In this document: positions 1-7,393 of the stretch, in pieces
Position numbering within the stretch: the first letter of the stretch is position 1
How the letters are laid out: the number at the start of each line of letters is the position of its first letter
Assembly: GCA_016930215.1 (NCBI GenBank)
Contig: JAFGHH010000090.1
Coordinates: forward strand, 1 to 50,768
Length of the DNA stretch: 50,768 nucleotides
Direction of reading: 5' to 3'
DNA from: Deltaproteobacteria bacterium
Lineage (GTDB): Bacteria > Myxococcota_A > Polyangia > DRWM01 > JAAZOP01
Made by a program: the position numbers and the translations under genes
The notes under the pieces: model-generated
Databases searched by the model: none
Told to the model about the DNA's origin: nothing
The model's input: only the letters and a program-made list of their open reading frames with translations

Positions 1-84
1 CCGGAAGGTCCGCGAACGGCGCCCCGACCTTCGAAGACGGCGCCGGAAGGTCCGCGAACGGCGCCCCGACCTTCGACGCGGCGG
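1..84. repeat. 42-bp tandem direct repeat (2 copies) inside the zinc-ribbon CDS
   Basis: 1-42 ccggaaggtccgcgaacggcgccccgaccttcgaagacggcg versus 43-84 ccggaaggtccgcgaacggcgccccgaccttcgacgcggcgg. The first ~34 nt are identical. Encodes SKVGAPFADLPAP twice on the minus strand. Confidence 0.9.
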
Positions 85-358
85 CCGGAGCACCCGCCGC
101 ACCGCTCCCGGGAACACCTGCCGGTCGGGAGGCCAACCCGCGCGCGAAGCCCTGCATCGTGCCGCCGGTTCCCGGCGGCCTGGCTGCGGGTGCAGGCGAA
201 GCCGGCGGTGCCGCCGGAGGTGGCGCGGCCGGCCCGGCCGGAGGCGCAACCTGGATCGTCGTCTGGCACGCCGTGCAACGCATCCGGATCCCCTTCGCGG
301 GGATCCGGTGGTCATCGATCGTATATTCCTTCTGACACCCCGGGCAGTTGACCTTCAT
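1..358 (-). CDS. MJ0042-type zinc-ribbon protein, N-terminal part only (gene runs off the window start); Pro/Ala-rich tail with tandem 14-aa repeat
   Basis: Own translation of the minus strand from the ATG at 358-356: MKVNCPGCQKEYTIDDHRIPAKGIRMRCTACQTTIQVAPPAGPAAPPPAAPPASPAPAARPPGTGGTMQGFARGLASRPAGVPGSGAAGAPAAASKVGAPFADLPAPSSKVGAPFADLP. Two CxxC pairs in the classic MJ0042 layout. Absent from the ORF track because there is no stop inside the window. Confidence 0.7.
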   Translation of the reverse strand, partial: MKVNCPGCQKEYTIDDHRIPAKGIRMRCTACQTTIQVAPPAGPAAPPPAAPPASPAPAARPPGTGGTMQGFARGLASRPAGVPGSGAAGAPAAASKVGAPFADLPAPSSKVGAPFADLP

Positions 359-453
359 CGAGACCTCGTCTCGCCGGTTTATACCCGAGCCGTTCGCGAA
401 AGGGTAGACTGGGACGCGGCGGAACCGGGGGGCCGCCGGAGGCTGCCGGCCCG

Positions 454-1557
454 ATGTCCGTGGAGTTCCACGTCCGGCCCCGCGCCCGCGGCGCGAAGTC
501 GTTCACGTTCGTGACCGACCTGGACCGCATCCTCGTCGGACGCGGGGAGGTCTGCGACGTCCGCTTGCCGCACCCGCACGTGTCGTTCCACCACGCGACG
601 ATCCAGCGCGCCACGGCGGGTTGGGAGATCACCGACCACGGGAGCACCAACGGCACCTGGGTGCGCGGGCGCCGCGTCCACGCCGGGGAGTCGGTGCGTC
701 TGCAGAACGGCGACCGGGTGGCGCTGCCGGGATTCCTGCTCGACGTGAAGTTCTCGCCCGGGACCTCGACCGGACGGACCGCGGACCCGGACGCGATCGG
801 GCGCGAGATCTACCGGTCGCTGCTGCGCCCCGACCTCGGGGAGCAGGAACCGCGGCTCGAGATCGACGCCGGGCCGCTGACCGGCCGCATGCTGACGCTC
901 GCGCCGCGCGAGCAGCCGTACCTGATCGGTCGCGAGCCGTCCTGCGACTGGGAGATCCCCGACCGCGAGGCGTCGCGCGAGCACGTGGCGGTGTTTGCCG
1001 ACGGCCGGGCGGTGCGCGCGGCGGACCACGCGAGCAAGAACGGCATCCGGGTCAACGGCCAACTGGTGCGCGAGGCGACGCTGGCCGACGGCGACACCCT
1101 CGAGGTGGGCCGCACGGTGCTGGTGTTCCGCGACCCGCGCGGCGCGATCCTGGCGAAGCTGTCGCGAGAGACGGCCGAGCCAACCGAGTTGGTCGATTCG
1201 TTCGAGGAGATGGAGCGGGGGGACGAGTCGTCGCAGAGCAGCGTGCCGCCGCCCCCGTCGTCGTCCTCGTCCGCGCCGCCGGGCGGCGCCGGGACGCCGG
1301 TCCCCGGCGGGCGTCCCCCGGCCGACCTGCACATCGGCCCGCCGACACCCAAGCCGACACCCGGCCCGCCGACGCCCCCAGCGACGCCGGGACGCGACGT
1401 CGCCGACCTGCTGACCTCCGGCTCCGCGCCGCCCAGCGTGGCGCGGCGCGAGACCCGGGTCGGCAAGGCGCCCGACGGCACCGACACCCTGATCGTCGGC
1501 CTCGGCATCGTCGTGTTCGTCGTCTGCCTGATTGCGATCTACCTGCTGCTGCGGTGA
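454..1557 (+). CDS. tail-anchored protein with two FHA domains, a Pro-rich linker and a C-terminal TM helix
   Basis: ORF track 454..1557. Two FHA-like blocks (ILVGRGEVCDVRLPHPHVSFHHATI...GSTNGTWVRG and YLIGREPSCDWEIPDREASREHVAV...ASKNGIRVNG). C-terminal TLIVGLGIVVFVVCLIAIYLLLR. Confidence 0.85.
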   Translation: MSVEFHVRPRARGAKSFTFVTDLDRILVGRGEVCDVRLPHPHVSFHHATIQRATAGWEITDHGSTNGTWVRGRRVHAGESVRLQNGDRVALPGFLLDVKFSPGTSTGRTADPDAIGREIYRSLLRPDLGEQEPRLEIDAGPLTGRMLTLAPREQPYLIGREPSCDWEIPDREASREHVAVFADGRAVRAADHASKNGIRVNGQLVREATLADGDTLEVGRTVLVFRDPRGAILAKLSRETAEPTELVDSFEEMERGDESSQSSVPPPPSSSSSAPPGGAGTPVPGGRPPADLHIGPPTPKPTPGPPTPPATPGRDVADLLTSGSAPPSVARRETRVGKAPDGTDTLIVGLGIVVFVVCLIAIYLLLR

Positions 1558-1558
1558 G

Positions 1559-4474
1559 TCACAGCCCGGTGACGCCGGCGCTGCGATCCACTCCCGCGCC
1601 CCACTCCCATTCCATCACGGGCGCCGTGGGGTGCATGCGCTGGGTCCACAGCGCGTCGTTCGTCGTTCGGGTCGTGTCGGGCCGCACGTAGGTATCGACG
1701 CCGTCGGCGTCGAGGAACAGCCCCATCGTCGGCACGGTGGTCCGGCGTCCCGACGCGGGGTCGACGTACGCGTTGCCGAACGAGAAGTCGCTCGAGCACT
1801 GGTAGGCGTCCACGCCGCCGCCGTCGACGAACAGCCCGAATCCGTCCTCGTTGCCGGCCCCCAGCGAGAGGTTGGGCGCGCCGTAGACGTCGTCGCCGGC
1901 GTCGTCGAGCAGGAAGGCGTTGGAGAAGTCGTGGCCGCCGCCGAGCGTCACGTTCATCCGCCGGGCGTCGGCGTTGTAGACGTCGTCGCCGGAGGCATCC
2001 CACAGCGCGGCCATCGCGTAGTGGGCCGCCCCGCCCTGCACGTACCACCGCGCGTCGTAGCGGTCGTTCCCGTCGCCGTCGGCCAGCAGCCCCATCCCGA
2101 ACCAGTAGCCGGTCCCCTGCCCGAAGATCGCGCACTCGTAGTCGTCGTTCCCGGCCCGGTCCCGCAGGATCCCGAGCCCGCCCGACAGGTAGACGCCGTC
2201 GCCGCCGTAGGCCACGTCGGAGCGCCGGCCGTAGCCGGCCCCCTGCGACATGCTCGAGTTCGACCCGCCCGGATCCTGCGGGCTGTAGTACAGCACGTCG
2301 TCCGGCTGCGCGAGGTAGGAGTCGTTCCCGCCCGCTTCGTACAGCACCGACACCGCCTGCGAGTAGGCGAACCCCTGCACCGCGTGGTACCCCTCGTAGT
2401 GGTCGATCCCGTCCCCGTCGTCGACCAGCAGTCCGAGCCCGAACACCGCCGCCCCCTGGCACCCCGCCTCGCACAGGTAGCGGTCGTCGCCCCCCTCGTC
2501 GTGCAGGATCCCGACGCCCAGCGCGCCCCACCCCTGGCTCATCCGCAGCGAGCGGTACTCGTCGCCGGAGGCGCCCCGGTCCAGCAGGATGCCGATGCCG
2601 AGCGTGCCGCTCCCCTGCCGGCCGCGGGTGGACAGCGAGAACGGGCCGTAGGACCCGTCCCCGGCGTAGCGGCCGTCCTCGTCCGAGGGCAGCCGCGGCG
2701 GCACGTCCCGCGGCCCGGAACGCTCGTCGTAGCCGTACAGGTCGGCGCCGCCGAGGTCGATCAGCAGCGACACCGGGTTGGTCGCCGAGCGGGTCGCGCC
2801 GGCCGGGATGCGGTAGGTGTCGTCGCCGCCGGTGTCCAGCACGAGCAGCAGGTCGCCCGGGTGCTCGGCGGTCGCGTGCTCGGTCGCGGCCCCGTCGCGC
2901 ACCACGATGCGCCCCCGCGGCGTGTCGAAGGTCGCCGCGAACCCCATCGCGTCGCGGAACCGTCCCAGGTCGGCCGCCTCGACGGCGACCAGCAGGTCGT
3001 GGGCCGCCTGGAACATCGCGCCGTAGTCAAAGTCGCCGAGCAGGAAGTCCTGCACCCGCCGGTCGGTGAGCGAGAGCGTCGAGGCCGAGGGCAGCACGAA
3101 GCCCGCGAGGTTGACGAAGTACTGCCGGACCAGCGTCGCCGAGTCCGCGATCCGGGCGAGGGCGGCGTCGCGCGCCGTCGCCGCCGCGTCGAGCGCCGCG
3201 ACGACCGGCGCCAGGGCGGCCCGCAGGTCCGCCGGCAGCGAGTCGAACGCCGTCCGGATCGCCGCCCGGTCCGCCGTCCCGCCGTGGTGCTCGACCAGCG
3301 CCGCCACCGCGCCCGTCAGCGGGTCGGCCGGCTCGAGCGTCGGCTCGAACGGCCGGTCGAGGACCGGGTGGCCCTGCAAGGCCGCGGCCTTCCGCAGCAG
3401 CCCGCGCGGCGTCGGCATCTCGTCGAGCGCCGCCACGGTCTCCCGCACGAACGGCTCTCCACGCAGCCACTCGTTGTGCACGTCGTCGAACCACGGCAGG
3501 CGGAACCGATCGTGCGCCAGCTCGTCCCCGAACCACTCCAGCGTCTCGGGGGAGTACAGCAGCTCGCAGCGGCCGAGCCCCAACGCGTCGAGCGCGTCGT
3601 CGAGCATCGAGCCGGGGACGCGCTGCCAGCAACTGCAATCGTCCGGCAGGCAGTACCGCTCGAGGTCGGTCGGCGAGGTCCCCGCCACCGGGAGGCACCG
3701 CGAGCCCGCCGGGCAATCGCCGGGGGCGACGCAGGCCGTCGAGCACAGCTCGGGCAGCCTCGAATCGACCGACCGCAGGCAGGTGTCGGCGCCGCCGCCG
3801 CAGGCCGCGCCGCCGGCGCACGAGGCGCCGACGCCGGTCGCCGGCGGCTCCCCCCCGCACCGCTCGGGCGGCGCGGGCGGCGGCGGCAGGCAGACGAAGA
3901 CGCCGTCCCCGCGGTCGCCGCACACGTTGTAACCCGGCTCGCAGTCGACGGGACCGGCGCAGGTCCGCGTGCAGAACCCGGCGCTCGAACCGGCCGGGTC
4001 CGAACAGCTGTCGTAGCGGCCCTCGCAACCCCACGCGCGACAGGCGTCGCCGAGACGCGACACGATGCAGGTGCCGGCGACCGGCGTGCAGCAGCGGCCG
4101 CCGGCCCGCGCCAGGCACTCGGCCCCCGACGGGCAATCGCCCGCGACGAGGCACGGCGGCAGGCACGACATCTCGAGTCCGTCGAAGGCGGCGCACACCG
4201 CCCCGCCCGTACCGCACTCGTCGTTCCACCGACACGGCCGGCAGTAGGACTCCTCCGGCGGGACGTCGGCCTCCGCCTCGGTCATGTCGCCCGCGTCGTC
4301 GTCGCCGTCGGTCGCCTCGACGTCCGGGCCCGCCTCGTCCGGACCGCCGTCGTCGGCGTCCGGACCGCCGTCGACGTCGATGTCCGCACCGGTATCGCCC
4401 GGCCCGGTATCGTCCCCGCATCCCGCAACGAAGGCCGATACGAGCAGCAGCCCCCAACCGCGCGCCATGGTCAT
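1559..4474 (-). CDS. large secreted lipoprotein: acidic linker, ~30-Cys region, helical middle part, and 12 copies of a hhhDxxGxDxY repeat in the C-terminal half
   Basis: ORF track 1559..4474. Lipobox LLLVSAFVAGC. GGAGGTGG lies 6 nt before the ATG at 4474. Repeats counted in the translation: LDTGGDDTY, IDLGGADLY, LDRGASGDEY, HDEGGDDRY, VDDGDGIDHY, YEAGGNDSY, RDRAGNDDY, ADGDGNDRY, WDASGDDVY, LDDAGDDVY, VDGGGVDAY, LDADGVDTY. Confidence 0.85.
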   Translation of the reverse strand: MTMARGWGLLLVSAFVAGCGDDTGPGDTGADIDVDGGPDADDGGPDEAGPDVEATDGDDDAGDMTEAEADVPPEESYCRPCRWNDECGTGGAVCAAFDGLEMSCLPPCLVAGDCPSGAECLARAGGRCCTPVAGTCIVSRLGDACRAWGCEGRYDSCSDPAGSSAGFCTRTCAGPVDCEPGYNVCGDRGDGVFVCLPPPPAPPERCGGEPPATGVGASCAGGAACGGGADTCLRSVDSRLPELCSTACVAPGDCPAGSRCLPVAGTSPTDLERYCLPDDCSCWQRVPGSMLDDALDALGLGRCELLYSPETLEWFGDELAHDRFRLPWFDDVHNEWLRGEPFVRETVAALDEMPTPRGLLRKAAALQGHPVLDRPFEPTLEPADPLTGAVAALVEHHGGTADRAAIRTAFDSLPADLRAALAPVVAALDAAATARDAALARIADSATLVRQYFVNLAGFVLPSASTLSLTDRRVQDFLLGDFDYGAMFQAAHDLLVAVEAADLGRFRDAMGFAATFDTPRGRIVVRDGAATEHATAEHPGDLLLVLDTGGDDTYRIPAGATRSATNPVSLLIDLGGADLYGYDERSGPRDVPPRLPSDEDGRYAGDGSYGPFSLSTRGRQGSGTLGIGILLDRGASGDEYRSLRMSQGWGALGVGILHDEGGDDRYLCEAGCQGAAVFGLGLLVDDGDGIDHYEGYHAVQGFAYSQAVSVLYEAGGNDSYLAQPDDVLYYSPQDPGGSNSSMSQGAGYGRRSDVAYGGDGVYLSGGLGILRDRAGNDDYECAIFGQGTGYWFGMGLLADGDGNDRYDARWYVQGGAAHYAMAALWDASGDDVYNADARRMNVTLGGGHDFSNAFLLDDAGDDVYGAPNLSLGAGNEDGFGLFVDGGGVDAYQCSSDFSFGNAYVDPASGRRTTVPTMGLFLDADGVDTYVRPDTTRTTNDALWTQRMHPTAPVMEWEWGAGVDRSAGVTGL

Positions 4475-4527
4475 CGGCCACCTCCGGGGACAAGGGTAGA
4501 AGGAACGGGGGACCGGGGGAAGGGGGA

Positions 4528-4620
4528 TGGGTCAATTGGGGTCGATGCTCTTGGCTCTTGGCTGCCGGCTGTTGGCCGGGTGGGTCAATTGGGTCGACGC
4601 TGTTGGCTGTTGGCGATGGG
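4528..4620 (+). repeat. two tandem ~52-bp units with a CAATTG core (array 1)
   Basis: tgggtcaattggggtcgatgctcttggctcttggctgccggctgttggccggg followed by tgggtcaattgggtcgacgctgttggctgttggcg. Lies in the divergent intergenic region between the starts at 4474 (-) and 4680 (+). Confidence 0.85.
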
Positions 4621-4641
4621 GCGGGGGGTCCGGGAATGATG

Positions 4642-4669
4642 TTGACGCCCACGGGTCGACTCGTATAGG
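4642..4669 (+). promoter_or_regulatory. sigma70-like promoter candidate TTGACG-N16-TATAGG
   Basis: ttgacg at 4642-4647, 16-nt spacer, tatagg at 4664-4669. The ATG at 4680 follows 11 nt later, so the leader would be very short. Confidence 0.4.
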
Positions 4670-4679
4670 CGGGGTGTCC

Positions 4680-6413
4680 ATGAGCAAGTCCAGATACCGT
4701 TGTATCCATTGCGACCACCTGTTCGAGGTCGAGGGCGACGGGGAGGCGGGGACCGAGCTGCGGTGCCCGAAGTGCCATCGGGTGCACGACCAGGTGCCGG
4801 TGCCCGAGACGGCGGGCGTGCCGTGGTTCAAGCGCAACACGGTCGTCGGCGGGGCGGCGTTGGTGCTGCTGGCCGGTGCCGCGGTGCTGGTCTACGTGCT
4901 GCGCGCCGGCTCGGGCGGGGATGGCGAGCCGGAGCAACCGCGGATCCCCGCGGCGAGCAGCGCCGAGGTGCAGGCGCTGGTGGCGCGGGTGCCCGGAACC
5001 GCCGGCGCGGACCTCCTGCTGGGAAAGGCCGCGGGCACCGCCGCGGCCAGGGCCCGGGCGCTCGGCGCCGTGCTGCGCGCGCTGGTCGACCAGAAGCTGC
5101 TGGCGGTGCAGGACATCGAAGCGCCGATGGACCTCGCCGATCGGCCGCTGCTCGACCCGGTGCCGCTGCTCGAGCGGCTCGGGCAGGGCCCGCCGGTGGC
5201 CACGTCGCTCGAGGCGGCGCTCCTGGCGCTGCGCATGGCGCGCGCGACCGGCCTGGCGGCCGACGTGGTGCGTGTCGAACGGTACGGCCGGGCGAAGGTG
5301 CCGGCCGACCCGTCCGGGCTGTTCGGCCACTTCGCCGTGGCCGTCAAGGACGGCGCGACGACGGTGTACATCGATCCGCTGCAGCCGGACGGCGTGGCGG
5401 CCGAGGCGGCCGAGGCGGCGGTGGTTCCCGACGCGGCGTGCGGCGGGATCCTCGAGGCGTACCGGGGGCTCAAGGCGTTCCTGCCGCGACGCGACCGGCC
5501 GCGGCCCGACCGGATGGCCGCCTCCCAGCACCTCGACAAGGCCAAGTCGCTCGCCGGCGACCAGACCGCGGTGCGCATGGCGCTCGCCTTCACGTCGGTC
5601 CAGGAAGCCCCCGGCGACGCGTTCGCGCAGTGCGAGGCGGTGCTCAAGTCGGCCACGCCGTCGGAGCGCGTGGCGGTGGCCGAGGTGTACGCGACGCTGG
5701 GACGGACGGCGGAGGTCGAGCGGCTGTTGGCGGAGGCGGAGCAGGCGTACCCGGCGTGGGCGCGCATCCCGCTGGTCCGGGGACAGATCGCGCTGGGCCG
5801 CGCCGGGTTGCTGGCCATGGCCGCCATGGCGCGGGCACACCCGGGCGCGATGCCGCCACAGGCCGAGGCGCAGATGAAGGAGCAGCTCCAGCGGCTGGGG
5901 CTGTCCGAGTCGGATTCGCCGGAGGACCACTTCGTCGTCCTGCGCCGGCAGCTCGAGGCGGCCGAGAAGCTGGGCGGGGGGCGCGGCGTCGCCCGGCTGC
6001 GCGAGATGTACGCCATCGCCGCCTTCGACTACCACCTGGCCCAGGGGGATCTCGACGGCGCCCGCGCGCTGCTCGAGGAATCGGCGCGCGTCAACCCCGA
6101 CTCCCCGGAAACCGCCCTGCCGCTGGCCGGCATCCTGCTGGCGACGGGGGACGAGGAAGGCGCGCGCCGGGTGCTCGAGCCCACCACGGAGAAGGCCGGC
6201 GGTACGCTCGAGCAGATGATGGGAGCGGCCCGGGCGCTGGGCGACCGGATCCGGCAGCAGCTGCAGCTCGCGACCAGCCCGCCGCAGCGGCCGTTCGACC
6301 TGTCGACGCCGGGGGCGATGGGCCTTCCCTCCACCGAGCCGTCGCTGCAGATGCCGAGCCTCGGCGGCTCGCGCCCCGGCGGCCTCGGCCAGGGCCTCCA
6401 GCTCCGCTTCTAG
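4680..6413 (+). CDS. zinc-ribbon / single-TM / possible inactive transglutaminase-like core / TPR-like protein
   Basis: In frame with ORF 4527..6413, and I prefer the internal ATG at 4680: MSKSRYRCIHCDHLFEVEGDGEAGTELRCPKCHRVHD (CxxC...CxxC). TM helix VVGGAALVLLAGAAVLVYVL. The C-terminal half is helical-repeat-like. Confidence 0.8.
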   Translation: MSKSRYRCIHCDHLFEVEGDGEAGTELRCPKCHRVHDQVPVPETAGVPWFKRNTVVGGAALVLLAGAAVLVYVLRAGSGGDGEPEQPRIPAASSAEVQALVARVPGTAGADLLLGKAAGTAAARARALGAVLRALVDQKLLAVQDIEAPMDLADRPLLDPVPLLERLGQGPPVATSLEAALLALRMARATGLAADVVRVERYGRAKVPADPSGLFGHFAVAVKDGATTVYIDPLQPDGVAAEAAEAAVVPDAACGGILEAYRGLKAFLPRRDRPRPDRMAASQHLDKAKSLAGDQTAVRMALAFTSVQEAPGDAFAQCEAVLKSATPSERVAVAEVYATLGRTAEVERLLAEAEQAYPAWARIPLVRGQIALGRAGLLAMAAMARAHPGAMPPQAEAQMKEQLQRLGLSESDSPEDHFVVLRRQLEAAEKLGGGRGVARLREMYAIAAFDYHLAQGDLDGARALLEESARVNPDSPETALPLAGILLATGDEEGARRVLEPTTEKAGGTLEQMMGAARALGDRIRQQLQLATSPPQRPFDLSTPGAMGLPSTEPSLQMPSLGGSRPGGLGQGLQLRF

Positions 6414-6430
6414 AACGTCGTCCCCACGAA

Positions 6431-7162
6431 CTACTCGACAGGCAGCCGCGCGACGACGGCGGCGGTGATCCCCCGGATCGTCTCGGTGTAGTCGGTCTCG
6501 CACTGCGACCCGACGTAGGCATCCTCCCCGAGCAGTCGCGCCAGCCGCACCAGCCGCACCGGAGGCATCGCGATCCCCATCGAGGTGTTGCACGACGGAA
6601 CCAGCGACGAGTCGTACTCGTCGAGCCGTTCTTGCATCTCTGGCAGCGCCAGACAGGCGTCCATCTCGTCTCCCGAGCCCCGGCACGGCGGCTCCCCGGG
6701 CGGGACACCGACGAGCAGCCCGACGAACAGGCGGTTCGAGCCCTCCGGGCGCAGCGCACGGAACGTCTCGAGGTAGGTTTCCACCGGAGTCAACCCGCAG
6801 GCGCCGAGGTCCTGCGTCACGACGCCCAGGCGAAGGTCGGTGACGCGGGGATGATCGAGCACCCCGTCGCCGTCGCCGTCGGTCGGATGGGCCAGCTCCT
6901 CCAGGAGCGACGGAAGACGCGCGTGCAGTGCGAGCTGCTCCTGGTCCGTGTAGCTGCTGTAGTCGACCAGGACCAGGATATCGACGGGCAGGGCGCCGGA
7001 CGCGACCCCGTCCTCGGGAGCGTCCGAAGCCTCGGCCGAGTGGTCCGCGGCATCGCCGTCGCCGGGCTCCCCGGTGTTCTCCGAGCAGCCCGCCGACACC
7101 GCGCAGGCGGCGGTCACGGCCCATCCCGCCAGTCGCCCGACCACGCTGCCCGTCCGTCGCAT
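6431..7162 (-). CDS. lipoprotein with degenerate VWA-like N-terminal block
   Basis: In frame with ORF 6431..7372, starting at the internal ATG at 7162: MRRTGSVVGRLAGWAVTAACAVSAGCSEN (lipobox). AGGAAG lies upstream. VDILVLVDYSSYTDQEQLALHARLPSLLEEL...LRLGVVTQDLG resembles the start of a VWA domain, but the DxSxS MIDAS motif is replaced by DYSSY. Confidence 0.75.
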   Translation of the reverse strand: MRRTGSVVGRLAGWAVTAACAVSAGCSENTGEPGDGDAADHSAEASDAPEDGVASGALPVDILVLVDYSSYTDQEQLALHARLPSLLEELAHPTDGDGDGVLDHPRVTDLRLGVVTQDLGACGLTPVETYLETFRALRPEGSNRLFVGLLVGVPPGEPPCRGSGDEMDACLALPEMQERLDEYDSSLVPSCNTSMGIAMPPVRLVRLARLLGEDAYVGSQCETDYTETIRGITAAVVARLPVE

Positions 7163-7248
7163 TTCCGACGCTTCCTGTCGGAAAGGATGACACCGAAACC
7201 CCGTGGCCGCAATGTACGCCCGGCACCTGCGTCCGGCGCTCGACCAGC

Positions 7249-7393
7249 CGCCGAGAGCCGCGACCCGATCGGGCCAACCCGCCAACGGCCACCCACCGTC
7301 GCTCACCCGCCGAGAGCCAAGAGCGAAGACCCAATTGACGCACCCGGCCAACGGCCAGCAGCGAACAGCCAAGAGCGAAGACCCAATTGACGC
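7249..7393 (-). repeat. array 2 of the same ~52-bp CAATTG-core unit, inverted relative to array 1 (two good units plus one degenerate unit)
   Basis: agccaagagcgaagacccaattgacgc is a perfect 27-bp direct repeat at 7315-7341 and 7367-7393 (52-bp period). 7249-7310 is a degenerate copy (ccgagagcc...gacccgatcgggcc...ccaacggcc). The reverse complement aligns to 4529-4615. Confidence 0.85.

Noticed and set aside
283-303. Perfect 8-bp palindrome ggatcccc-ttcgc-ggggatcc as a regulatory hairpin
   Set aside because: It lies inside the zinc-ribbon coding sequence (IPAKGI) between the two CxxC pairs. There is no evidence that it is more than a coding coincidence.
4528-4620. Tandem repeats at 4528-4620 and 7249-7393 considered as a mini CRISPR array
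   Set aside because: There are only two or three units. The sequence between the cores is itself part of the repeated unit, so there are no unique spacers. The units are imperfect, and there are no cas genes in the window.
7163-7250. Sigma54-like box (GG...TTGCG) upstream of the lipoprotein gene at 7162
   Set aside because: The GG to GC spacing is off by one nucleotide in cggGCGTACATTGCgg.
3027-7343. 1438-aa minus-strand ORF, and similar giants at 1532..4639 (+), 18156..22139 (+), 18214..22086 (-), 38662..42543 (-), 38838..42665 (+), 44960..47554 (+) and 25046..28072 (+)
   Set aside because: Their translations are monotonous Arg/Pro/Gly/Ala strings with no recognisable motifs. They run antisense to or out of frame with genes that do have clear family signatures, and they span several real genes and intergenic regions. 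These are the typical stop-poor shadow ORFs of ~70% GC DNA.
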